Of a stretch of DNA of 64,000 nucleotides, positions 38,400-51,702 are shown piece by piece; positions within the stretch are counted from its first letter, which is position 1; each line of letters opens with the position of its first letter. Origin of the DNA: Cetorhinus maximus (Eukaryota); NCBI RefSeq assembly GCF_964194155.1, contig NC_135917.1, positions 2,294,001 through 2,358,000 on the forward strand, given 5' to 3'. Both the position numbers and the translations under genes were made by a program. The notes under the pieces were generated by a model. The model searched no databases. It saw nothing but the letters and a program-made list of their open reading frames with translations, and was not told where the DNA came from.

Positions 38400-40125
38400 A
38401 AGTGTGTGTGGACCTGGAAGATGTGGGTACAGTCCTCAATGAATACTTTGCGTTGGCCTTCACAATGGAAAAGAATGACGCAGGTGTAGATATCAGGTTG
38501 GAAGACCGTGAAATATTAGAGGAAATTAACATAGAGAGAGAGGAGGTACTAGTGGGTTTAGCTGCCTTAAAAGTGAATAAATCCTCAAGCCTGGATGAGA
38601 TGTATCCCAGGCTGTTGAGGGAGGCAAGGGAAGGGATATCAGGGGTCCTGGCAGTAATTTTCAAATCCTTTCTGGCCACAGGTGAGACGCCAGAGGACTG
38701 GAGGACTGCTAACGTTGGCCCATTATTAAAAAAGGGAGGAAGGAATAGACCAGGAAATTACAGGGCAGTCAGTCTAACCTCGGTGGTGGGGAAGTTACTA
38801 GAAAGAATTCTGAGGGACAGAATATAACTGCACTTGGAGAGGCACGGATTAATCAGGGATAGTCAGATTGGATTTTTTAAGAGAAGGTCGTGTTTGACAA
38901 ATTTGACCGAATTTTTTGAGGAGGTAACCAGGAGTGTTGATGAGGGTAATGAATTTGATGTAGTCTACGTGGACTTTAGCAAGGCTTTTGACAGGATCCC
39001 TCGTGGCAGATTGGTCAAGAAAGTAAGAGTCCATGGGATCCAAGGCAAAGTGGCACATTGGATCCAAAATTGGCTGAGAAGCAGGAAGCAGAGGGTGATG
39101 GTAGAGGGATGTTTCTGTGACTGGAAGTCTGTTTCCAGTGGGGTCCTGCAAGGCTCAGTGCTGGGGCCTTTGCTGTTTGTGGTGTACATAAATGATTTAG
39201 ACTTAAATGTAGGGGGTATGATCAAGAAGTTCGTGGATGACACGAAAATTGGCAAGGTGGTAAATAGTGAGGAGGATAGCCATAAACTGCAGGAGGATAT
39301 CAATGGACTGGTCAGGTGGGTAGAGCAGTGGCAAATGGAATTCAACCCGGAAAAAGTGTGAGGTAATGCTCTTGGGGAGGGCTAACAAGGCAAGGGATTA
39401 CACTATGAATGGTAGGACCTGGGAAGTACTGAAGATCAAAGGGACCTTGGGTGTGCATATCCACAGATCCTGAAGGTAGCAGGGCAGGTAGATAATGTGG
39501 TTAAGAAGGCATATGGAATACTTGCCTTTATTAGCCAAGGCATAGAATACAAGAGCAGGGAGGTTATGCTGAAACGGTATAAAACGCTGTTTAGGTCACA
39601 ACTGGAGTACTGAAGTTCTGGTCACCACATTATAGGAAGAATGTGATTGCACTGGAGAGGGTGCAGAGGAGATTTACCAGGGTACTGCCTGGGCTGGAGG
39701 GCCTGAGCTATTAGGAAAGATTAGATAGGCTATGGTGGTTTTCCTTGGAGCAGCGAAGGTTGAGAGGGGACCTGATAGATGTATATAAGATTATGCGGGA
39801 CATAGATAGGGTGGATAGGAAGGCACTTTTTCCATTAGCAGAGGGGTCAATAACCAGGGGGCATAGATTTAAGGTAGGAGGTAGAAGGCTAAGAGGGGAA
39901 TTGAGGAGAAATTTTTTCACCCAGAGGGTGGTAGGAGTCTGGAACTCTCTGCCTGAAAGGGTGGTAGAGGCAGAAACCCTCATAACATTTAAGTATTTAG
40001 ATACTCACGCTAATCCCATTTTCCAGCGCTTGGCCCATAGCCCTGGAGGCTATGGCAACGCAAGTCAGATCTTTGTTGATTGGCACAGACACGATGGGCT
40101 GAATGGCCTCCTTCTGTGCTGTAAA
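38400..40125 (+). mobile_element. 5'-truncated CR1/HER1 LINE ORF2 (RT), disrupted
   Basis: PEDWRTANV..PGNYR..., DFSKAFD, GVLQGSVLGPLLF, KFVDDTK, RGDLI...RGHRFK, and the CR1 tail. Several stops. Confidence 0.93.
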
Positions 40126-40719
40126 CGTCTGAGCATAAAAAAGTCTTCAAACATTTGAACCAGGAACGTGTTGTTGTTCAGGTGAGACAGAAGCAGTATG
40201 TTGGTGCTATGTGGTGCTTTGGCACAGAAGTAGAATGTGGGTGTATGCTGACAAATACGTGTTTGCCAATTTTCTTGAACCATACTGCCACAGTGGAGGT
40301 GTAGAGCCATGTCCTGGCACATTGCTAGAAGGAAGAATTAGAGATCCATTAATACCATTTGCGGTCTGCAGCACCTCCTTAATGCTGAGCTCAAGCAGTG
40401 TTGGGAAGAAGCAGCTCAACCACCTCATACCAAAATAATAAATAAGGCACAATGCCACACACATTGCTAACCAAGACAAATGGTACTGTATATATTGGTT
40501 TGAATACAGAGAGAACATCTATTTTCAGTCCTCAAACAAAGGCTGCAAATAAACCCCTTTTGCAGCTTGCCACCTATCTGATTCATGGGATCAATGCATC
40601 CTCAGCAACTTTGACTACTTTGATACCTATTTATCAATTGAATGTCATGGAAGGGGCAGGGAGAGTAATTGTACTCTTTGCAGCCACATGGTTTAACATA
40701 CAAAGCCTCTGGTTTGTCT

Positions 40720-40979
40720 TTTTTCCAGAAATATACTTTATTCATAAAATTTGTAAAAGTACATTGTAGAACATTTCAACTTGAAACTTAGTGCACTAAA
40801 ATTTGACTTGTCTCCGTACAGCATATACCACTCTGAGGTGCCTCCATAAAATTAGAATACTCTTGATATTTACAATATACATTCCATGTCAGCCATGCAG
40901 CCCGAGGCATTCTACAAGTTTTCTAGCCCCTTGGTGTACAATGGCTTAAAGATCTTAAGACAGCAACCTTTCCCCATTG
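40720..40979 (-). mobile_element. Tx1/L1-type 3' fragment with a perfect 19-bp TSD
   Basis: TSD caaagcctctggtttgtct at 40701-40719 and 40980-40998. The insert begins caatggggaaagg, like the ORF2 end at 44330, and ends ttttatgaataaagtatattt, like 44656-44675. Confidence 0.85.
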
Positions 40980-42457
40980 CAAAGCCTCTGGTTTGTCTGT
41001 CACCTGGAGTACACTGTATTCATACAGGAAATGAAATGTACAGATTTCTTTTTACCACTTTAGGCAGATGAGAAAAGACACTTGCTGTGCTCTTCCCTCA
41101 ATCACATGGTTTATTTTGCATGCAAGGCATTAACTGGCTGTTCAGCCTGCTGATTGTCATGAATGGTTGCATCCATTTGCTAAAGTCCACAGATTGTGTT
41201 GCAAGATGTATAAGCTTCAATAAGCACAAGCAAGTAACTGTTTAAATTCATGTGCTGTGCCAGGAATTCTTCTTTCTGTTCCCTACCCCCACACAAGCTT
41301 TTGGCCATTTAAATAACTTCAAATTCTATTAATATACAAAAGAAAACCATTCCTTATCCACTGCAACAAGTCAACATTTCACATAAACGGCATGAGGAAC
41401 AACAGTCTAGGAAGCATTTGAAAATTATCCATGACCCTTGACCTACTAAATTAAGAAGATTACTGAATAAAGACAATGTGCGCCAATATAAACCGCCTGC
41501 TTGTACAGACTCTTTGAATGAAGTACCAGATTAAGGGGTCAGAACTTTCTAATGTGTTGGGTGTTGTACTCTAGTCCCTCAAAGCTATCTCATTTTCTTT
41601 CCAGCATTGTTTGTTAAAATGACCGGGCTCTTTTAAGTTCCAAATTCGGCCGCTGCAGTAGATGATGACTGGCAGGGCTCATTGTCACACTAACTGGCTC
41701 CATGGTCAAGGGATGTTGCATGACAACTTAATAAGTTAGCAATTGGGTCAGAGTTTGGAGCACCTGAAAAAACAGATGGTACAAATCTGTGTGTACTTTT
41801 TTGCTCCAAAAACAAAACTGGGGAGATACCAAAGAATACAGTTGTAGCCACACCACCACCACCTCCTCCACCGCCCACCCCCCCCAAATAATGCAGACTT
41901 GGACACTAATATTGCATCTTCCCCCCACCACTGCCTCCCCATCTGCCCTAACATCTTTGATTTAAACACTTGAAAATTGCACATCCCCACCTCCTGTTGC
42001 TCCATCAAGCCTGCCTGCCCCACACTAATGACGGCCAGAGCACCACGATTAAACATTTCCTTTCCACCACTCAACTGCACAGCCAGCATGTAATCTTCTG
42101 AGACAGACAAGAAGAACCCAGGCCAATAATGGAAAGAAAATACACTGGAAAATTTCTTACCAACCCATTTAGGTGACTGAAAGCAGTCCAGGAGATCACA
42201 TGGCCCACATTGGTTCTCATCAATAAGGACAAACCAGCCCAATGCTATTTATGTAAAGAGATTTACTACATAATTGGATCAAGCATTTGAAGCTCAAGTT
42301 TTGCCACCTTGAATAATGGACCATCTTAAGGTCTTTATGCATCCTTAATCAGTTAACTTAGTCAGAATTAACCAAAAAAGGAACTGGTCTTATGGCTTTC
42401 TACTGCTCCTATTTCTTATGTTCGTATGCCTATTCTGGGCTAGCTCCACATGGGGCC

Positions 42458-44688
42458 CAAGCATGTCAGAATCCATGAGGAAAGGTATCATCACCCTCAT
42501 CTACAAGCACAAGGGGGAAAGGGAGGAAATTAGAAATTGGCGACCCATTTCACTGTTGAATGTAGACTATAAGATTCTGTCCAAGGTCATCGCCAATCGG
42601 GTCAAGTCCACTCTGGAATTGGTGATCCACCCTGACCAGACCTGCGCTGTGCCCGGCAAGAAGATCTCTGGCAGCCTTGTGCTACTCAGGGATACGATTG
42701 CCTATGTGCAGGACAGGGGCGTGGACACCTGCCTCATCAGCCTGGATCAGGAGAAGGCCTTTGACAGAATATCGCACACCTACATGGTGGATGTGCTCTC
42801 CAAAATGGAGTTTGGGGAGGGAATTTGCAACTGGATCCAACTGCTCTACACTAACAGCAGTAGCGCAGTCTCAATCAATGGTTGGGAATCAGATAGCTTT
42901 CCGATTAAATCTGGAGTCAGGCAGGGCTGCCCCCTCTCCCCTGTCCTGTTTGTGTGTTGCATAGAACCCTTTGCTGAGTCCATCAGGAAGGATCCGGGCA
43001 TAAGAGGAGTGACGATCCCAGGCAGTGGAGGTACTCAGGTCAAAGCCTCCCTGTACATGGATGATGTCGCCGTCTTCTGCTTGGATCCACTGTCGGTGCG
43101 CAGACTGATCCACATCTACGACCAGTTCCAACTGGCCTCGGTAGCCAAGGTATATCATGGGAAGAGCGAGGCCATGTTCTTTGGGAACTGGGCTGACCAA
43201 TCCTTTGTCCCCTTCACCGTCAGGGCTGACGGCCTGAAGGTGCTGGGGATATGGTTCGGAGGGACCGGGGCATGCGTTAGAAACTGGAAGGAGCGAGTGT
43301 CTATGATGCAAAGAAAACTGGGCATGTGGGAGCGACGCTCCCTCTCCATTGCGGGTAAGAACCTGGTCATCAGGTGTGAGGCACTCTCGCTGTTGCTGCA
43401 TTCCAGACTTCTGCGCGATGGCGATCACCCGAGCCACTTTTCGCTTTAGCTGGAGATCAAAAATAGATCATGTCCGCAGGGACGCGATGTACAAGCCTCT
43501 AGATAAAGGGAGAAAAAATGTGCCCAACATCACCCTCATACTGATGGCCACCTTTGTGTGTGGCTGCATCAAGCTGTGTGTAGACCCTCAGTACGCAAAC
43601 ACCAAGTGTCACTACGTGCTGAGGTTCTACCTGTCCCCGGTGTTGTGAAGGATGGGTCTGGCCACGCTGCCGCGGAACGCTCCAAGTAGTTGAACCGTGC
43701 CGTACCACCTGTCCCTCGTGGAAAAATTTATGCAGAGAAACACCTTTGACCACAAGTCCATCAGGCAGTGGTTGGCACATAATGTCTTAGAGGCCCTGCG
43801 GGAAAAGGAGAGGGTGGACCCTGTGGGATGGTTCCCCCAGCAGACCGTCAAAGTCATTTGGCAGAATGCCTCATCGCCAGAACTTTCCAACAAGCACCAA
43901 GATGTAGCTTGGCTGGTGGTGAGAAAGGCCCTCCCTGTCAGATCCTTCCAACACGCCAGGAGTCTCACCCCCCCCTCTGCACGTTACCCTCAAGGTGGCT
44001 GTGGTGGGGACGAGACCGTTGTTCACCTCCTTGTGGATTGTGCCTTAGCAAAGAAGGTCTGGAGAGAGATGCAGTGGTTTCTGTCGAAGTTCATCCTGAG
44101 CAATTCTCTGCTCTACAGGCTGTTCCCAGGGGGACACACCGAGACAAACATCAACTGCAGCTGGAGGATCATCAACTCAGTGAAAGACGCTCTTTGGTCT
44201 GCCCGTAACTTGTTGATCTTCCAGTGCAAAGAGTTGTGCCCGACCGAGTGTTGCAGACTGGCACATTCCAAGGTCCAGGACTATGTGCTGAGGGGCGCAC
44301 TAAAGCTTGGGGCAGCCGCTGCAAAGGCGCAATGGGGAAAGGACGCTTTCTGCCATAGTGCACCGAGGGGCTGGGAATTGTTTACAGCCCCTCGGGCTGT
44401 ACAGCTCACAATGAAGGTATGCATGGAATGCTAATTGTATTATAATTGTATTGAAGCACCTCAGAGTGCAACATGACGTATGTTGATAACTCCAATCCCA
44501 TTACACTGTCTGACTGTCTGTAATGACCATATTGAAATGATTGTAATATTCATTGATTGTATTGAAGCACCTTGTGATCCATGTGTAAAAGTTGAATCTG
44601 ATTGCACTTTTTGTGATGGTGATTTACAAATGTTTTGTAATATTCTTCCAGATATTTTATGAATAAAGTATATTTTTCAAAAAAAAAA
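42458..44688 (+). mobile_element. Tx1/L1-clade LINE, 5'-truncated ORF2 (RT and zinc knuckle) with 3'UTR and poly(A)
   Basis: NWRPISLLNVDYKILSK, DQEKAFD, GVRQGCPLSP, YMDD, ETVVHLLVDC. AATAAA followed by an A10 tail. Frameshifts present. Confidence 0.93.
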
Positions 44689-44936
44689 TCTGTTCTAATC
44701 CCATTGATTTGACTCTAAAAGACGCCCCGGACAAAGACATTATACGAAACACAAGGTACTATTCTGGTGTTGAAGTGTAGGTGTGTTCCTTTAATGTCTA
44801 GTTGATACAGGGTAAGCTGGTCTATTTGTGCAAAGATCAACAATGAGGTTTAAGTGGTTTTGGCATTTTCTGTTGGAGAGTATTTACGTTACAAATAACT
44901 GTCTTTGTTCTTTTATATAACCCCTCCCTATCAAGC

Positions 44937-45290
44937 GCAGTACGCACGTTTGTATTGCACGATATCAGAAGTGATGGCTATATAATGGTTCCTGATCTGT
45001 TTGAGCTCAGAGGCCTTGACTTTTTACCTCAAAGCTCATTTGATTTTTAATAGGAACCACTGATGCCTTCATCAATGATTAGTTTGCGGGCATTGCTGAG
45101 CCTGGTCATGTGAGGGAGTTGAATAAGCACCCATTGAGTTACAGTCATGAATTCAGTGATGGCTGACATTCTCAAGCTCAGTAATGCCTCTATCCAGGTC
45201 TCCTGATGTCACCCACATTGGCTAGAAACAAGAAAAGAGGTGACTCCACAGTTCGGTGCTGTCAATAATGCAGTCAGGCACACTTAAATG
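44937..45290 (+). ncRNA. candidate structured ncRNA with C/D-box-like motifs
   Basis: Stems tggttcct/aggaacca, gggcattgctgagc/gctcagtaatgcct, cagtcat/atggctg and gatatcag/ctgatgtc, whose non-Watson-Crick pairs are G-U on the plus strand. Motifs GTGATGG 44971, CTGA 45060, ATGATTA 45075, CTGA 45203. No family recognised. Confidence 0.4.
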
Positions 45291-48044
45291 AAAGTGAATA
45301 ACTGATAAAAGAATAACATCTTGATGCACATTCCTTTTCTGATGATTCTTGCCCTGGTTAAACGAATAGAATATTTAAATTAAGGTCTGCATTTTTTCAA
45401 ATAGTGTTGCACTGCCTCAGTAAAGCCCATGTGTTGAGCCCTTTTTGGCAATCAACGCATAACTTTTTTATAAGTGTTTTTATCGAGGTGTGAAAATTGC
45501 CTAGGAACCAATTCAGTGATATTTGAGACTTTCACCTCATCAGGTGCTGGGGCTCAAGTACTTTGGGCAATCAATGTGACAAGTGCTTTTGTTTAGGTCT
45601 GTAAACTGTCTCATCCAGTGTTAATATTCATGCTTAGTGATTTTACCCACTTTTTAAAACAGTATTGTAATTGTAATCCAGTTTACATTCTATTGTTAGT
45701 TTTCTCAATTTGATACCATAGTTAAAATGGACAAATGAGTAGAATGGTTAAGTACTAATGACTAATAAATTACTATTTTGTCAGGTAATTTTAACAGTTT
45801 TGCCTCTGTGGTTACAGTGGGCAACAAGATCCTTTTCGACACGTCCTCTCTCAAAGCAGACATCTCTGAGGTGAGGAGAAATTACAGCTGCCCTACCTCA
45901 TTAATGGCTTGATTCTTAATACAATGATGGTAAGACACTCTCTTGAATAAAATAAAAGGCGATACTTGCCGTGTGGAGCAGTGTTGTGTTAAGGGGAGCC
46001 CAAACAACCCTTTACGCATTGAAGCCTGGCTAATGTAGTGCCAAAACTGAGCCGTCAGTGTGGAATTCCCTTCCTCAATCAGTTGGACTTTCTATATCTG
46101 ACCATTCTCTTCAGGATCTTGGAGAATACTAGATCGTTACTTATTGAACAATTCGTCATATTCTGTTCCTAATTTTTGATGATGACATCTGTCACCACAG
46201 AATTTTAACATAAATGCTTTTATATTATTTTACCTTTTTTTTATTTGCTGTGATTTACGATCTGAATAAATTTCCTTCTCTATTTAGAGAGGCCCAACCT
46301 GTAATGGGTAGGGCTAGTTATAGGAATCTTCTTGCCAGGGCATTGTGTCGAATAGAATTAACTCAACCATGGCAGGTTCTGTGTTACTGACAATGGGAAT
46401 GTCTTGCATGGCATGGGTTGTGTCTTTAACAAAAAATGAAGTGAGTGTTGCCACCACTGTCAACAAATGAGTTCAAGGCAAGGTGGGCCTTATGGCCGGA
46501 CTAACAGCAAACAGAAATTAGAACTCATGATTAAAAGTACAGCAGGATTCCCAATGAAAGCAGCATTATTTCTCCAGCAAGATGCAGTGAGTGGAGGATA
46601 GTTAGATAATACAAAATGTGTGTAGAATCAATCCCAGTCACTTACAATGGTCTCCAGGTGATTGATGGGTGAAATTACCCGATCATCTCTGATTAGGAAT
46701 AGTGGTGTTACTGTATGCAACCATCTCCATTAAACAAATGGAGGAGAGGATGTTGTGTTGCATTTGGTATTTTACCTTTCACGATGTGGTCCCATAGGAA
46801 TTGAAAGAAAGTGACACAAAGTAGATAACACTGAAGAAATGAAATGCTTCATTTCTCAGCTGCCTTGTACCATTTTATATACTGATAGTTCTGCTGATGA
46901 CAGGCAGAGCTGAAGGAAAACTCACTGTGATCAATGGCTGCATTCAAATAAGTAGCAGAAACAAAACACTTCTGACTTGGGCAATTACATGGGTGGTACT
47001 TTATTCCCATCACTACGAAGCTCTAAAGGATGTCAACATTATGATGTGTGAATGATCATCTACACTTGGTTTAATTACAGTAGGTCACGTGAAAGTGGAC
47101 CTGGCCTCCAATGATTTATTTTGTCAAATATTAGTAGCAATTCTCTTTTCTACTTTTATTCACCCGGAAAACTAAGTATGTGTGCAGTGTTTTTTTTAAA
47201 TTCCATACTCTGAAGGTTATTTCTCTTGAGATGCCATCTTCAAGTACAGCTATCGTTGGGAGCGGATTATTTAAGATCAGATTTTAACACATTGCAATGC
47301 TTTAGTTTCTTGCTAGTACAGGTGAGAAAAAATGCCCAACTGGGACTGTGGAAATGTAGCCCAAGCTCACAGACCAGATTGAACTATATGTCACAAATTG
47401 GATAAATATTTGAAGAGCTTATTTTGCAGGGCTGCAGGGAGAGAACAGGGGCATGGACCTAATAGGCCAACTCTTTTAAAAAGCTGCACAGACATGATGG
47501 GCTGAATGGCTGCCTTTTGTGTTGTAAGATTCTATGATTTTATGATTCATACATCTTCACTAAGGTTCACTTCTATATTCTGATAAAGTCTTATCTTTCT
47601 GTCTCCACCCCCATAAAAGCTTTTAAAACCTTCAAAATATCCTAAGGTCTTGGTACCCTTCACCTTTTCCCTTCAGTTCAGGCCAAAGGTCATGCTTTAT
47701 TTCTGGCATTGGTAGCAGCATTTTTGCTCCTCAAAACCAGCACAAAATCCAGTTCTTCACCTTGCTTGGTCCTTGAAAGGATTAAGTATTATCTTGCCTG
47801 TACAGACTTGGGGAATTGCCTGAGTTTTGTGATAAACTGCCCAAAAATGACTTTAATGTTCCAAGGAAGTGCCTGGGCATTAGCAACAACACACTTAAAA
47901 TTACCAGGGATGTAAACAAAGACTCGCATTCATTGCAATCCACTTTGAAGTATTAGGGAATGGTCAAAGACAGGCATGTGGTTTGACTGCTAAAGCTTCA
48001 CTGTAGCAGTATTGTCACCAGGCTTATTTAACATATTGTGCTCA

Positions 48045-48740
48045 GCTCTAGCACTCTCACCTCTAAGTCAGAAATGATGGGTTCACATCCTTCTCCTGAG
48101 ACTTGAACACATAATCCAGGCTGACACTCCAATGCAGTGCTGAGGAAGTACAGCACTGTCAGAGATGCCACCTTTCAGATGAGACCTTAAACTGCGGCCC
48201 TATCTGCCTTTTCAGGTGGATCTGAAAGATACCATGACGCTATTTGAAGAAAAGCAGGGAAGTTCTCCCTAGTGTTCTGAACAAAATTAATCCTCAATCA
48301 ACAGCACAAAATTGGATGATCTAGTCATCATAATGTCTGCATGTGAGACCTCCAGTTGACTGGGATCGGAGTTGATGCATGGGAATTCCTCACTGCTGAC
48401 CAGATTACCTGGAGGCAAGCAGTCAGGAAGAGCGTGGAAAGAGCAGAGGACCAGAGATGACCAGATGGTGGAAAAGAGATCCTGCCGAAGGAAGGAACAT
48501 CAGTCGATCTCGAGCCAATGCTATTCATCTGTGCCAGCTGTGGAAGGGACTGCCACTCTCAAATCAGCCTCTTCAGCTACAGCAGATGATGTTCAATACA
48601 GAAGTGACATACACCCTGGGTGCAATCCATTGTCTCCCGAGATGGATGGATGCCATCCAGTTATTTTCATTTCTGTTTGTGGGAACTTGTGCACAAGTTG
48701 GCTACATTGTTTCCTATATTATAACCATGATTACACTTTG
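48045..48740 (+). mobile_element. Deu-SINE interrupted by an RTE 3' fragment (about 48328-48653)
   Basis: B box gggttcacatcc and Deu core. The insert has FICASCGRDCHSQISLFSY and an atccattgtctcccgagatggat hairpin. Flanks atctagtcat/atccagttat are TSD-like. Confidence 0.7.
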
Positions 48741-51702
48741 GGGAGGCGGTGGTGTAGTGGTGTTGTCACTGGACTAACAATCCAGAGACCCAGGGTATTG
48801 CTCTGGGGACCATTACCAATTGTCATAAAAATATATCTGATTCACTAATGTCCTTTAGGGAAGGAAATCTGCCATCCTTACCTGGCATCGCCGACATGTG
48901 ATTCCAGGCTCACAGCAATGTAGTTGACTCTTAAATGCCCTCTGAAATGGTCTAGCAAGCCACCTGGTTGTATCAAACTGCTATGAAGTCTAAAAGGAAT
49001 GAAACTGGACGGAACACCCGGCATCAACCCAGGCACCGGAAACAACAATGACAAACTCAGCCCTGTCGACCCTGCAAAGTACTCCTTACTAACATCTGGG
49101 GGCTTGTGCAAAATTGGGAGAGCTGTCTCACAGACTAGTCAAGCAACAGCCTGACATAGTCATACTCATGGAATCATACCTTACAGATGATGTCCCCGAC
49201 ACCATCATCACCATCCCTGTGTATGTCCTGTCCCACTGGCAGGACAGACCCAGCAGAGGTGGCGACAGAGTGATATACACCTGGGAGGGAGTTGTCCTGC
49301 GAGTCCTCAACTTCATGAAGTCTCTTGGCATCAGGTCAAACGTAGGCAAAGAAACCTCCTGCTGATTACCACATACCGCCCTCCCTGTACACACACACAC
49401 ACACACACACACACAGCTCCCCCCCCCCCCCACTCAGCTGACAAATCAGTACTCCTTCATGTTGAACACCACTTGAAGGAAGCACTAAGGGTGGCAAGGG
49501 CGCAGAATGTACTCTATCACCAAGAGTAGCTTGGTAGCGTGACTAGAGACTGTGCTGGCCGAGTCCTAAAGGGCATAGCTGCTACATGCGATCTGCGGCA
49601 GGTGGTGAGGGAATTGAACAAGAGAGATACACATACTTGACCTCATCCTCACCAACCTGCCTGCCGCAGATGCATCTGTCCATGACGGTAATGGTAGGAG
49701 TCACCACCGCACAGTCCTTCTGGAGACAAAGTCCAGTCTTCAAATTAAGGATATCGTCCATCGTATTGTGTGGCACTACCGCCGTGCTAAATGGGATAGA
49801 TTTCAAACAGATTTAGCAATACATGATTGGGCCCACAGCACCTCATAGATGCCATCAGCAGCAGAATTTAATTCAACTGCAATTTGTAACCTCATGGCCC
49901 AGCATATCCCTCACTCTACCATTACCACCAAGCCAGGGAATAAACTCTGGCTCAATGAAGATTGCAGGAGGGCATGCCAGGAGCAGCACCTGGCATACCT
50001 AAAAATGAGGTGTCAACCTGGTGAAGCTACAACACACAACTACTTGCATGCCAAACAGCATAAGCAGCAAGTAATAGACAGAGCTAAGCGATTCCACAGC
50101 CAACGGATCCGATCCAAGCTCTGCAGTCCTGACACGTCCAGTCGTGAATGGTGGTGGACAGTTAAACAACTCACTGGAGGAGGAGACTCCACAAACATCC
50201 CCATCCTCAACGATGGAGGAGCCCAGCACATCAGTGCAAAAGATAAGGCTGAAGCATTTGATACAATCTTCAGCCAAAATTGCCAAGTGAATGACCCATC
50301 TCGGCCCCCTCCAGAGGTGCCCAGCATCACAGATCATATCTTACAGATAACATCCCAGACCCACCATCACCATCCCTGGGTATGTCCTCTCCTACCAGCA
50401 GGACAGGCCCAGCAGAGGTGGCGGCACAATCGTATACAGTCAGGAGGGAGTTGCCTTGGGAGTCCTCAACATCGACTCCGGACCCCATGAAGTCTCATGG
50501 CATCAGGTCAAACATGGGCAAGGAAACCTCCTGCTGATTACCACAGCCCTCCCTCAGCTGATGAATCAATACTCCTCCATGTTGAACACCACTTGGAGGA
50601 AGCACTGAGGGTGGCAAGGGCACAGAATGTACCCTGGGTAGGGGACTTCAATGTCCATCAGCAAGAGTGGCTCGGTAGCACCACTACTGATCGAGCTGGC
50701 CAAGTCCTAAAGGACATATCTGCTGTACTGGGTCTGTGGTGAGGGAACCAACAAGAGGGAAAAACATGTCCAAATGTAGCGAATTGGCGTCTTCAGCCAA
50801 TTCGATTCATTCCATGTGAGATCAAGAAACGGCTGAAGGCACTGGATACTGCAAAGGCTATGGGCCCTGACAATATTCCGGCAACAGTACTGAAGACTTG
50901 TGCTCCAGAACTTGCCGCGCCCCTAGCCAAGCTGTTCCTGTACAGCTACAACACTGGCATCTACCCGGCTATGTGAAAAATTGCCCAGGTATGTTCTGTA
51001 CACAAAAAGCAGGACAAATCCAAGCCGGCCAATTACCACCCCATCAGTCTACTCTCGATCATCAGTAAATTAATGGAAGGAGTCATCAACAGTGCTATCA
51101 AGCGGAATTTGCTTAGCAATAATCTGCTCACTGATGCCCAGTTTGGGTTCTGCCAGGGCCACTCAGCTCCTGACCTCATTGCAGCCTTGGTTCAAACATG
51201 GACAAAAGAGCTGAACACCCGAGGTGAAGTGAGAGTGACTGCCCTTGACATCAAGGCAGCATTTGACTGAGTGTGGCATCAAGGAGCCCTAGCAAAACTG
51301 GAGTCAATGGGAATTGGGGGGAAACTCTCCGCTGGTTGGAGTCATACCTAGCACAAATGGTTGTTGGAGGTCAGTCACCTCAGCTCTAGGATATCACTGC
51401 AGTAGTTCCTCAGGGTAGTGCCTTTGGCCCAACCATCTTCAGCTGCTTCATCAATGACCTTCCTTCCAACATAAGGTCAGAAGTGGGGGTGTTCGCTGAT
51501 GATTGCACAATGTTCAGCACCATTCACAGCTCCTCAGATACTGAAGCAGTCCATGTCCAAATGTAGCAAGACCTGGACAATATCCAGGCTTGGGCTGACA
51601 AGTGGCAAGTAACATTTGCACCACACAAGTGTCAGGCAATGACCATCTCCAACAAGAGACAATCCAACCATCCCCCCTTGATGTTCAATGGCATTACCAT
51701 TC
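48741..51702 (+). mobile_element. CR1-like LINE with a tRNA-derived head, APE and RT remnants, and an internal duplication
   Basis: Head gggaggcggtggtgtagtggtg. APE motifs (PDIVILMESYL, DRPSRGG, VGDFNVH) and RT motifs (QFGF, ALDIKAAFD, FADD). Bases 50335-50765 repeat 49170-49625. A (CA)n tract lies at 49389-49414. Confidence 0.8.

Noticed and set aside
45108-45140. 7SK-like words (atgtgaggg...cacccattga; also tgattcggctggcta near 35834)
   Set aside because: Only short matches. The GATC repeats, spacing and 3' hairpin of 7SK are absent.
45924-46105. second C/D snoRNA (ATGATGG...CTGA)
   Set aside because: Non-consensus C box, no proper terminal stem, and no recognisable guide.
44900-47400. 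MALAT1/NEAT1 triple helix with mascRNA, telomerase RNA, or SNORD133/SCARNA97
   Set aside because: No paired U-rich motifs with an A-rich tract and tRNA-like unit, no CTAACCCT template, and no tRNA-Met antisense (gattatgaga) found.
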